Assembly: GCA_002633005.1 (NCBI GenBank)
Contig: NMRA01000265.1
Coordinates: forward strand, 246,761-301,226
From: Phoronis australis
Taxonomy: Eukaryota > Animalia > Phoronida
Length of the DNA: 54,466 bases
Direction: 5' to 3'
This document shows, in pieces, positions 1 to 11,039 of the stretch. The notes under the pieces were generated by a model. The model had not been told where the DNA came from. It saw only the letters and a list, made by a program, of their open reading frames with translations, and did no database searches. Each line of letters opens with the position of its first letter. The stretch's first letter is position 1. Both the position numbers and the translations under genes were made by a program.

Positions 1-429
1 AATGATAAATTACGATGTAAACTCTTCAAATATGACATAAGCAATGAATGTGCAAAGCAGCCGATACCCCGCCGTTCACGTCACTGACACATCAGCCAAT
101 CAGCGATCGCTTTCAGAATTCAGTGTTTTGACCATGAATACGAATTGGCTTTTGTTTGGCACGCAAGTCAGGCAAATGTGAGTTTTATTTGTATGTTAGA
201 ACCGATTAACTGCAACATTATTTTGACTACAGTCCCCTTTTAACGCTGCAGATAAGAGCATAATCTAAATATTTTCTCGATGATCTAAAAATTTATTTTG
301 GCGCGTAAAAATGGCGGGAAATTTTGCGACCTGGCATTTACGAATGCGAGCTGGATTTTGAAAATGCGACCTGGGATTTTGGCTAGGTCGCACAATGCGA
401 CCTGGCGATTTTAATAGAGTCGAGCCCTG

Positions 430-3400
430 AATGGTGGTGTCAATATTTTTGAGGGGATTATCTGCATCAATTGTGAAAGACTCTTGCAGACGATTCACAC
501 CAAAGTGACTCATTTCAAATCAAAAATTAAACAATCTCAGAAGTTGTACAGACCCAAACGTTGTGCGGTGGAGAGCCCAACTCTACCCTCGGCCAGATTC
601 GAAGTTAGAGGTGGCCAGCGACGAGAAACCTGTCGCAAACTTATTGAGCTCCAGCCAGCATCAGCTTTTCAAGAAGTACAGAAACGCGCACCAGCTGATG
701 ATTGATTTAGCACTGAAAACTTCTCGAAATCTACAGGTGCATCCTCGTCTGAAAAGAAGGATGTTGAAAGAGCTTCTAGTATTTTGAAGGATGAAGAACT
801 CAAATATGCCATTACAGAACAACGTATGAAGAAAGATGATGTTATAGCCGATTCCATGGATATATTTCTCATTTGCAAGTAAAGAACAAAAACTCTTATG
901 ACACGTTATTCCAGTTTGACTGGACCATCATTGTCAATGAGATGAAACTTAAATTTCCCGTGTTGTTCTCCCTTATTGTAGGAGTTACGTGTGTGTTAAC
1001 TCCTGACAACAGGTCAAGCGGAAAGAAGGTAGATAGCATAATACCAAGAATTTCTGTTATAATGCCCTGTGCAAGCAATCTAGAAGTCAGCCTATTTGTC
1101 TGGTACAGCGAGTGATATAGTCTGTCCTGTCAAGTAGCTTACTGGAGGTTAAGGTATGTCAAGTTCATCTTGGCTTAAAACAACTTTATTTTAAAGTCAG
1201 TGTAAATTGTGGCATTTTAGTACAATTTACAATACATGCCCATAGCCAGAATAAGAAAATGTAGAAAATTTCAAACAACAAATACTAATTGATGCAAATC
1301 TGAATAGTTTTCTTTAACAACTTGTATTTCAGATAAACATAGCACCTCTTTTGATAAAGTTCTCTCTGTTGTCTATGTTTGTTAAACAGTGAACTAATGC
1401 ATGAGCAGGTAATACATGAATACAATGCTACCTTGAAGGAGAGACATTTAAAGTTATTTTTGTCTTATTCTTTTAAATTGTCACTGCTACTTAAGGTGCA
1501 ACCAGCCAAAAGTCTACTACAGTCAAACCATGTTAGAATGAACCCGTTTTTAATGTTTGCTCACTCATAACATTCTTTTCCGTAAGTCCTAAGACAGCTA
1601 TACCACTTGGAAATTACTTTGGTTAAATTTAACTTCAGATACAACGGGTTTTTTGGAAATTACTTTGGTTAAATTTAACCTCAGATACAACGGATTTTTT
1701 CAAAAGTCTTCAGAGGTTTTGTTAGAACGTGATTTAACTGTGTGTAAGTGCTTCACGGTATATTTTTGACCTTTGTCAGTAAGGGAATGTACAAGCCAGG
1801 TGGTAGGAGTGTGCCTTCTACAGCTTTGTTTTCTGTTTTCAGTGTCAAGAGGAATGCTTACATGTATAACCCTCCTGGCATATCCTGTAATGACTGTGGC
1901 CTTTCGAACTTTAATTTATAGATGCTTCTTCTGACTTTCTACTTTGAGAGATGCTTAATGTTCTCTAGCTATTTATCCGTCACTGGTGTGTGACTGCGCA
2001 AGCATTCTGGGGACTAATTATTGGTGAATGTGCATGCTCAAAAACTTTGAAAAGCTATAAGAAATGAAAAAATATTCAATGCATGGTAAAAATTCTCCAG
2101 TTTGGGACAATGAATTTTTAAATTATTTTTGCTCCGTGTCAGAGGTTGTACTGTACAAAATTTTGAAAGTAGGCAATAAAGGGTATACCATTATGTTGTT
2201 GAACAGCTGATTCTACTTTCACTCCATGTTGACACAAAATGCATTGCGAAATTTAATATAAATATGATGGACAACACCAAAATAAATCATGGTCTCTAAC
2301 TATGAAAATTCAACTTTGGCTGGTCGTATTTTAGTGGCTGGCCCAAACTGGAGAATATATATATAGACTAAAAGTGGGTGGACCCTCAAGAAGAGGTCTC
2401 ATTGCCGCACTCTCACTGCTTGTGATCATTTTTAGTGCCCGTGCATGCACACATACACACTGGGATTGGAAATCAGCTTTTCCTTTAACATTGTTGTCTC
2501 CAGCATGCAGTTTTGTTTGTTTAAATATCAAAATAACTTTTGTGGAAACTGGTGGTATATATTGTAGTGTACTTAAGTATGTCTGTTTTGATCATACTGC
2601 ATTCGGATAAAATTCTGGTTCCATAATGAGATGCTGATCAAATAATTGCAGTTGGCATGCTTAAAAATGACATCTACATGTAGCTCTGAGGAATATGCAC
2701 ATTTTTGGAAATTGCCAATTTTGTCATGATTATTGCCTGTTATAATTAAATCTGCAGCTGTTGATTACAGAGGGTACATTATGTAGTCATAAAGAAACTG
2801 TTATTATTTAAAAAAGGAAACTGTTATTATTTTATCCAGATTGAAGTGTGCAAAGTTTTCAAGTTTGACCGTCTTTCTGCTATTTTATATTCTTAATGTA
2901 TCACTATGCTAATTTGGTGGCAGGCATTTAACAATAATAAATTGTTTCTGTTAAGAATTGTTTCTGCTCAGGCAAGTTGAATTTTAAAATTTTGCAGATC
3001 TGATGCTCTCTGTTTCTTATATTTGTCATCCCTGATTTTGTGGATTTTGTTAAATGGCTTTCAGGTTCGGTATTGAAAAAATTGATGATCAATTGTTAGC
3101 CGTGTTAGACTTCGTGAGGCTTGATTTTAGCAAGTCTGATTGTTATCACCTCCTGCTTGCCCCATTGATAAACCAGATCAAGGCTATATTGGCCATTGTG
3201 ATCGACTAATAGCAGGGGCGGATCCAGGATTTTGAGTTAGGCGGGGCCAGGGAATAACCAGAATTTCGGCACATCCTAAAATGTGGGGATGAAGGGGTCT
3301 CGAATTTTGGGCTTGAGGACTTGTTGACTAAAAAAAGAAAGGGGTATGCATTGCCTAATCACCCCCGAGCCCCCCTGGTTGCGCGCATGTGCAATTCGCA

Positions 3401-3900
3401 TCAGAACCCCCAAATGGTATCTGGTAGAATTATAGAGGGGCCATAACCCCCTCCCCCCACTCCTAAATCCGCCAATGAATAGACCCAAGTTACGTGACCT
3501 CATGTAATTATGAAAACAAAGTTAGTGTTCACCAGTTTACTTTCTTCACCAAAAGAAAGAATTAGAGCTTCCCTATATATCACTGTTGTGCCAGAATGGC
3601 ATTCAGCGGGCTGATTACTAGACACATAGACTTCTCAAATTGTCCCAGGGCTGCAAGTAAGTCCGCGTAGATAGGCAGTACTTCCATCATCCCGTCAGCA
3701 ATATACCGACCACATCGCCACCACTGACACACACCTTTATACATCGGATTTGTTTCGGCTTAAGCCACTGTACCGTGGTTTTCTTGGTCTTATTCACTTC
3801 CACCACTGTCCGTTTTAAAGTCCTTGTTTCACGCGTTGTTAACACTTATTACATGGTTAGAAGATGTTATAAGGATCCAAGAAGTACCTACCCCATAACT
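430..3900. mobile_element. Degraded AcademH-like DNA transposon (RecQ-type helicase on -, putative transposase on +)
   Basis: Minus strand ~3770-3583 reads WLKPKQIRCIKVCVSGGDVVGILLTG*WK.. then, frameshifted, LVISPLNAILAQQ, matching RecQ/SF2 motifs 0, I and Ia. Plus strand 460-1150 has ICINCERLLQ and FQFDWTIIVNEMKLKFPVLFSL..., resembling from memory the N-terminal part of Academ transposases. The convergent two-gene layout fits AcademH. Confidence 0.6.
1607..1700. repeat. ~45-bp tandem duplication
   Basis: ttggaaattactttggttaaatttaac(t/c)tcagatacaacgg(g/a)tttt, two copies. Confidence 0.85.
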
Positions 3901-4165
3901 AATATACGATCCGTACTCGAAAACAGTTTAAATGAACGCGCCACTCACGATTCGCACCCGAAGAAACACCGCCATTTTGAACTTGCCGCGAACCCGGAAG
4001 TACAATTCATTGAGGAACCCAGGCCGAGAAAACGCCGTCAGTGCGACTCGAGCAGTGCCTGTACTGTTACCAGCCAGCAAACGGGGATAAAATGATCGAC
4101 AGCGCGCCTTAATTTTAATAAAATCAAACTACAGACAATTTTATCGAATTTGCTGAAGAAATGTG

Positions 4166-5143
4166 NNNNNNNNNNNNNNNNNNNNNNNNNNNNNNNNNNN
4201 NNNNNNNNNNNNNNNNNNNNNNNNNNNNNNNNNNNNNNNNNNNNNNNNNNNNNNNNNNNNNNNNNNNNNNNNNNNNNNNNNNNNNNNNNNNNNNNNNNNN
4301 NNNNNNNNNNNNNNNNNNNNNNNNNNNNNNNNNNNNNNNNNNNNNNNNNNNNNNNNNNNNNNNNNNNNNNNNNNNNNNNNNNNNNNNNNNNNNNNNNNNN
4401 NNNNNNNNNNNNNNNNNNNNNNNNNNNNNNNNNNNNNNNNNNNNNNNNNNNNNNNNNNNNNNNNNNNNNNNNNNNNNNNNNNNNNNNNNNNNNNNNNNNN
4501 NNNNNNNNNNNNNNNNNNNNNNNNNNNNNNNNNNNNNNNNNNNNNNNNNNNNNNNNNNNNNNNNNNNNNNNNNNNNNNNNNNNNNNNNNNNNNNNNNNNN
4601 NNNNNNNNNNNNNNNNNNNNNNNNNNNNNNNNNNNNNNNNNNNNNNNNNNNNNNNNNNNNNNNNNNNNNNNNNNNNNNNNNNNNNNNNNNNNNNNNNNNN
4701 NNNNNNNNNNNNNNNNNNNNNNNNNNNNNNNNNNNNNNNNNNNNNNNNNNNNNNNNNNNNNNNNNNNNNNNNNNNNNNNNNNNNNNNNNNNNNNNNNNNN
4801 NNNNNNNNNNNNNNNNNNNNNNNNNNNNNNNNNNNNNNNNNNNNNNNNNNNNNNNNNNNNNNNNNNNNNNNNNNNNNNNNNNNNNNNNNNNNNNNNNNNN
4901 NNNNNNNNNNNNNNNNNNNNNNNNNNNNNNNNNNNNNNNNNNNNNNNNNNNNNNNNNNNNNNNNNNNNNNNNNNNNNNNNNNNNNNNNNNNNNNNNNNNN
5001 NNNNNNNNNNNNNNNNNNNNNNNNNNNNNNNNNNNNNNNNNNNNNNNNNNNNNNNNNNNNNNNNNNNNNNNNNNNNNNNNNNNNNNNNNNNNNNNNNNNN
5101 NNNNNNNNNNNNNNNNNNNNNNNNNNNNNNNNNNNNNNNNNNN
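4166..5143. other. Assembly gap (978 N)
   Basis: Run of N; ORFs spanning it are artefacts. Confidence 1.
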
Positions 5144-8100
5144 AAAAAAATCAACGACCACAAACTACAAACTATAAATACACTGCATATGCAAACGAAT
5201 CACGATATATTACTAATAAAACAATATAATGAAGACTTTTCGAGCAAGCCATAGCACATTCAGTTACAAGGAAAAAATGGCGGCGTTCAGGACAAGTTCC
5301 TGAACTGATGAGCCGGAAATGTGGGTACAGAAATAACCGATGACAACCGGTAATCATACGCTCAGAGAAAAGGGTCAAATACGGTTGAAAAATCGCTTTT
5401 GGCAAGAAAGGCGAAAAGAATGTAAAGAAAGAGTGTCGAAAATAATGTTTTATGTAGTAAGTATTTTCGGATACTAGAACCACATGGGCAAGTTTGCAAC
5501 AAGGACTTTAATAAAATGCAACTACTTAAATCCGTGGTCGCCACTCTTCGTAATTTGTAAACTGAAAGGGGTTTCCCAACTTTCAACCAATGGGAATGGC
5601 TGAATGTTATGACGTCTGTTTCATTACTTTAAGCAATGGGAGGCCATATTAAACAACATTCTACAGTGCTAACTTTCGTTTAGCACTGTGATAGAGTGTA
5701 GTCTATGATGCTGCTATTGAGCAGACGACATAACCAGTCGGCACCGAAGTTTGAATTTTGTAATTAATTACCAGTAGCATTTTTCAAAACTACTCATTAT
5801 ACCAACACTTCTACTATTGGAAGACTTTGAACAGCGTTTCAATGCCAAAATTGTTTTTTGTTCGTTGTGCTGGACAGTAAAGTAGATGCGAGAATTTCCC
5901 GTGAAAATACATTTACCGGAAACTGCACCAGACAATTTAAGAGAGTGGCGGCGCCTCTTGGCTAGCTATAATCTATGGTGTAACTGCGTTTTTATCAATT
6001 GCGAGGTTTAGGAAAATAGAAAGTATTTGACTTAAAATTTTTGAAAATGGGCCGTGCATTCATTGGCGACGCTCGGGTTTATTCCGGACGTACACCACAG
6101 GCCACTATCGGGATTGTTATAAAATTCCTGGACCCACACGACTCCCTCAACCCATAACCCCGACGACACCTCGAGCCACGGCCCACAACCCCTTGACGCA
6201 GTCTACACAGGCTCGACTAGATGCGAACATAGAACAAGCGCTGACTTGCTGGTCCAACTAGTCTTACCGTGAGCTCGTCGGGCTAGCGTGTTTTTTTGCA
6301 ATTAAGAAAATCAATTCGGCAAGTTTGAAACCCAAAACAGAAAAAATAACGCACCTAAATCAAATCAATAACCTACCAATGTTACAAATGTCATTCCCGG
6401 AAATGTGTAATGGTCTCGTCTGCTCTTCAGTGCATGGCAGATTCAAGCCTTTTTCCTTGAGAGAGTTCGAAGAACCGATGAATATGTATTAAGATCATCA
6501 GTAAATAAAGTTTAAAAACGAAAATGTTTTACTAAATAGTACCTCAACGTTACCTGTTGCTACTACACGCTGATATTTTTCCCATTTTGGGGACACTGTT
6601 GTTTTTTAGATTTGAAAACCTATTTTTAAAGCAGTCTGTGTCGCATCCACACACACATGAGATGTCTTGTTTTTGTTTTTTATTTTTGTTGTTGGCCCAA
6701 CGGGTTACACGCGTATAATAATAATACCGTAACATTTTGTTCCTAAAACTTTATTTATGATATTATACGAGTACTAATACGGTTTCAGAATACGTTTATT
6801 TACGGTACCATACGATCTGATACGTTTTACGGTTAAATCTGAAACAATTAATAAAGATAATACAACCTCTAGAAAAAATTCAAGTACCAAATACATCATA
6901 CTAAAATACGGAAAGCTGCATGTCTGATAATATATATCAACTCACAAGGAAAACACTAGTTAGCAGAAGCTTGTAGTTACAACAATTTCTTTGAATTAAT
7001 CAAATAACCAAAGAACTGAGAATAGTTGTTTCTAAAGACAAAGTTAATAAATAGTAAAGCATCAAGAAAAAAAGTTGTCTCTTACCAACGCTGGATATCT
7101 GTGATATTTTTGAAGCAAGAAGCAGCCTCTCTCCTAGCAAGATGAATTCTAGAGTAGCTAACAGAACATTTGTACTGAATACAAGAAAGGTGGTCGAGAT
7201 AGCTCAAAACATAAAACTCACACACTTCCTCCAAAATGCTGCACCTACATGTAGTTCCAAACCAATTCTGTGAATAAAGTTGTTACCGGATTCCAGCAAT
7301 TAACCCAAGTCATTACCAAATATGGTGTAGGCAGACAAAAGTTAAATAATTTCGATAGATAATAGTTCTGATTATTGTTGTTGTCGGAACTGCATCATCC
7401 AAAATCTGACCAGTTTCAAAGAATTCAAGTTACATAACTAGCGATGCAAGTCACAGTCGTTATTGTAGACATCCCACAACTGGTTAAAGACGTATGGTGA
7501 ATCACTTCCTATGCACTCATAGGAGGATACAAATGTTGGTAAATAACCAATATAGTTAATTAATTATACATCGTTACTAAACTTGCATAATATTGTGTTT
7601 AATTAGACCAATTATCTACAAAAATACATGTATCACCAACACAGTCAATTATGAGAAATGGTAATTACTAAAGAATTAAAATGTTAATTGTTTTCTTCAA
7701 GGAAAATCATCAAGTATTGACAAAGGGCTTTCTACTGATGTGCTCTAACAAAATTCGGTTGAAAAACGATTTAGTTGCGAAAAGTTTTTATAACAGTAAA
7801 TTCCATAGCAAGTGCACACAACAAACGAATGTAAACACGCATGAGCGACGCAACCTCAGCGGCCGCAAGAAAATATTTATTTTTGGAACAACGTGAACGA
7901 CCAACTCAGTGATAGGGGCCTACGTGTAAATGTAATTAGCCCAGATGTTAACGACCGATGCATGAAAACGGAATGCGCAAAGCTAGAATTGGCTGTAGCC
8001 ACAACAGTGATCATTCCGTGTTTGATGTCACCGTTTAAGTTCGTGGAAATCGTAACCTTGTGATTTCGAAGTTAGAGCCATCGAAGTCCGTGGGTTTAGG

Positions 8101-8584
8101 GCATACTTGACCGTGAATTTCGCGTCTGTACTGCAGGGGTTAATACTATGAAAATACAATCCCCGGAGTGAGAGCTCTTCGCGGTGTAACAACTCACTCA
8201 CTGTCCCATCATCACGCGCGTGATAGGAGAACCGTGAATGACTTGAAAAACGCAAAAAGATGCAGTTTGGCGTAACACAAACAAAAATCAATTTGACTAT
8301 CAAAATTACCTGCGTTTACAAAATGACCAAGGCGTAAAATCAGTGTATTTGGCCGGGAAGCAGCCAATCTAATGCAACTTGTTAACGTCACGAGTCAAAT
8401 TAAAGATCCAAAACTTGTTGCATTGTCCATAATCCAATGTTTATTATTACCGCTTGCCTTCAACCTTCGAATTATTGGTGTAACACAACCGATGTGAACT
8501 CATGTAACGGAAACTAGTAAAACTTGGTTAATTTATTTGACCCTGTGCTAAGACGACACGCAAAGTGGTATCAACCTGACAATC

Positions 8585-8806
8585 TATTACGCAACTGCTG
8601 CTCTAGCCTAAAATTAGCAGCCGACCAGCTGGTCGGCTAATGGCCGGTCGGCTGAAGGGTCGGCTGAGGAGTCGCCTTATGACTAATCGGTACGGCAGCC
8701 GGCTGCCGGTCGGCTAATTTTTAGCCGACCGGTCGGCTAATTTGCCGACCGGTCCACGGCCGGTCGTCGACTCCTAGCCGACCGGTCGGACAAAAATTCG
8801 TAATGT
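8585..8806. repeat. GC-rich nested-palindrome element (MITE-like)
   Basis: Repeated self-complementary units tagccgaccggtcggcta, gccgaccagctggtcggc and ggcagccggctgcc within about 200 bp of otherwise AT-rich DNA. Confidence 0.7.
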
Positions 8807-9739
8807 GTGCTGAGTATATAAATAATTAGGGGCCGGAGAATTTAATTTTTTGAATGGAATTGAAAGTTTTTATCTCGTTGTGAATCTGGCGATTTTCTTC
8901 AAATTCTAACAGTATTTAAAGTGAATAGTTCTCACGTTATCATCCTTGAGTAGATTACCAACGATTTGTTTAAAAGGTTTTTCTTACGAGTTTTCGCTTT
9001 CTAGGTTTGGCGCAGCACTGAAAAAAGTGGGGGCTATAGCACCACAGCCCCTATGGTGCGCCGCCCATGAGTCGTAGCTGTGAACATTCATTATGCGAAA
9101 GTCTATGAATCGTGAGTTGTAATTTGTTCGTCACTGTTTATTATACAGTAAAGCAGATAGTGAAAGCATCAGCAGCGTTGTTCCCCCAGCAGCGTCATCA
9201 TCTATGTTTTCGTCGTGGTCGAAACTTCGGCGTTCTTGTTTGCAAAATAAACCTCAATGATAAAAACCTCATTCCATTCACAGGTGTTTCTCCATCTGAA
9301 CGCTTTTATTATTTTTATATTACATGACTTGTGGCCTTTTACATGTATGTAAGCAAATCAATGGCGATCATTCACTTGAGAAATGTTTACCAAAGATGAA
9401 TAGGTTTATGCTTTGTGTGTTCACTGAATAATTATTTGAGTGCATGCAAACTGTATTGGGAAGAGAGAGTTTATATTTCGTATTTGTTTAAAAAAGTGAT
9501 CGTGGCGACTTTTGTTTACCAAGTTTAACATTGCGCTCATGTTACGAGTTTTGAAGTTCCGGTTCGCCTTAATTTCATGAAAATTTGAATACAGCAGAGT
9601 ATGTCATTGTGCATTACTTTTACATAGTGCGGCTGCTCAAATTTTTCAATACGACGTCAACTGTTTGTCCACTCCATTTGTCGAATACCTCAAACTATGG
9701 AGCCTGTTTAGTGGAATCGGATATCTACCAAGTACAAAC

Positions 9740-10810
9740 ATGAAGAAGCAGCAACTAAAAAGATATGGTTTTCACATTATTTCGTCGCTAATTTTCTTGC
9801 TAGTGTGCCTTCACGAAACGGATTCACAGACTTGCACGCTAGACATGGTCATTATTTTTGACGGATCAAGTTCTATATTTACTGCTCAATTTAATAATCT
9901 AAAAAGCTTCTTAATAAAATTCATCACTCTGTTCAATCTGGTAAAGACTAAGTTTGCGCTCTGGCAGTTTTCGGGGGATGATAGACCTGGTGGAATTAGT
10001 TACAACAAACTGTTTAACCTTAACCATGAAAAAACTTTGGCACAAATGAAATCACTAATAAAGCGTGAGGAACAATTGAACGGCTATACTCATACGGCTG
10101 ATGTTTTGAAGGAGGTTCACACCAACGGTTTCGCTTCCAATCGTCAAGGAGCGGCTAAAGTGCTGATGACAATTACTGAAGGCTTATCACGTAATCCGGT
10201 AACAACAATGTGGGCGGTAAGATTGGAGCAAAAAGGAATTTTACTCATTGGCATAGGTATTCAAATTTACGGACGAGGCGATTTTGAAGAACAACGAGCA
10301 ATCAAGGAACTGAAAGCATTAGGTGTCGACGGTTTCTATTTTGTCGACACCTTTTCAGTTTTAAATGAACGAGCAGTGTACTCTACTATCGAGAGAAACG
10401 TCAAGGAGTCGTGCTGGTGCGACGTGGGAAATGGCCCAAGTAATATTGTCTGATCAAGTAGAGAGAATTGTGGAATATTTGAGTCTAGTGGCTCAGTTAT
10501 CTCTAATAACACAGTGTGCAATCCAGCAAGAACAAGGAAAAGACCAAGAACAACGACCAGCCCAATGAGAAGAACAACGAAAAGGCCAAGAAGAAGGACA
10601 ACGACAATAACAACGACAGCATCAACAATGACAGAAACACCAACAGTCCCATGGAACGAACTTGGGTCGACTGCAAATGTAGCAAGAAAGCCACCATCTA
10701 AAATCCCGATGTGGCTCTGGTATATTCTTATTGCCATCGTTGCACTCCTGCTACTATGTTTGCTTAAGAAATGTTTATGCCGTGGCGAAAACTCCAAGTC
10801 TTCCTCATAG
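9740..10810 (+). pseudogene. Intronless type-I membrane VWA (integrin I-domain-like) protein gene with one in-frame TGA at 10451-10453 (pseudogene, null allele, readthrough or sequence error)
   Basis: ATG at 9740 and a signal peptide (..GFHIISSLIFLLVCLHETDS). VWA domain LDMVIIFDGSSSI (MIDAS DxSxS)..FALWQFS..GYTHTADVL..KVLMTITEG..GILLIGIGI. The frame continues past the TGA (NIV*SSRENCG..VCNP) into a Thr/Arg-rich stalk, a TM helix (MWLWYILIAIVALLLLCLL) and a KKCLC tail, with TAG at 10808-10810. AATAAA at 10912. Confidence 0.8.
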
Positions 10811-10811
10811 A

Positions 10812-10882
10812 TCTTTCTCTTCCTCTCTCTCTCTCACTCCCCCTCCCCCCCTCTCTCTCTATCTCTCTTTCTCTCTTTCTCA
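10812..10882 (+). repeat. (CT)-rich polypyrimidine tract
   Basis: Lies directly after the VWA gene stop codon. Confidence 0.85.
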
Positions 10883-11039
10883 TCCTGATTCATCAGTGCA
10901 GTATCTCTCTGAATAAAAAATATTGCAGGCGGTCTGATACACGTCGTTGTACCAGACGTGCGCAGGCCTCACATGTGTGCCCATTGCACTGATCATCTGG
11001 AACTTATGTTATGCTTTATTAATATATGAATAGAACACT

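Noticed and set aside
3212-3480. GC-rich blocks such as caggggcggatccagg..cctaaatccgcc (similar ones near 9000, 20400, 40100 and 40850) as promoters or ncRNAs
   Set aside because: They look like short degenerate MITE fragments; boundaries could not be defined with confidence.
4124-5254. Long ORFs of 338-363 aa
   Set aside because: Artefacts of the N gap.
10451-10453. Selenocysteine codon
   Set aside because: No SECIS recognisable by eye in the short CT-rich 3' region, and the context fits Trp better; not formally excluded.
10336-10797. 153-aa hydrophobic minus-strand ORF
   Set aside because: Antisense shadow of the Thr/Arg-rich stalk of the VWA gene.
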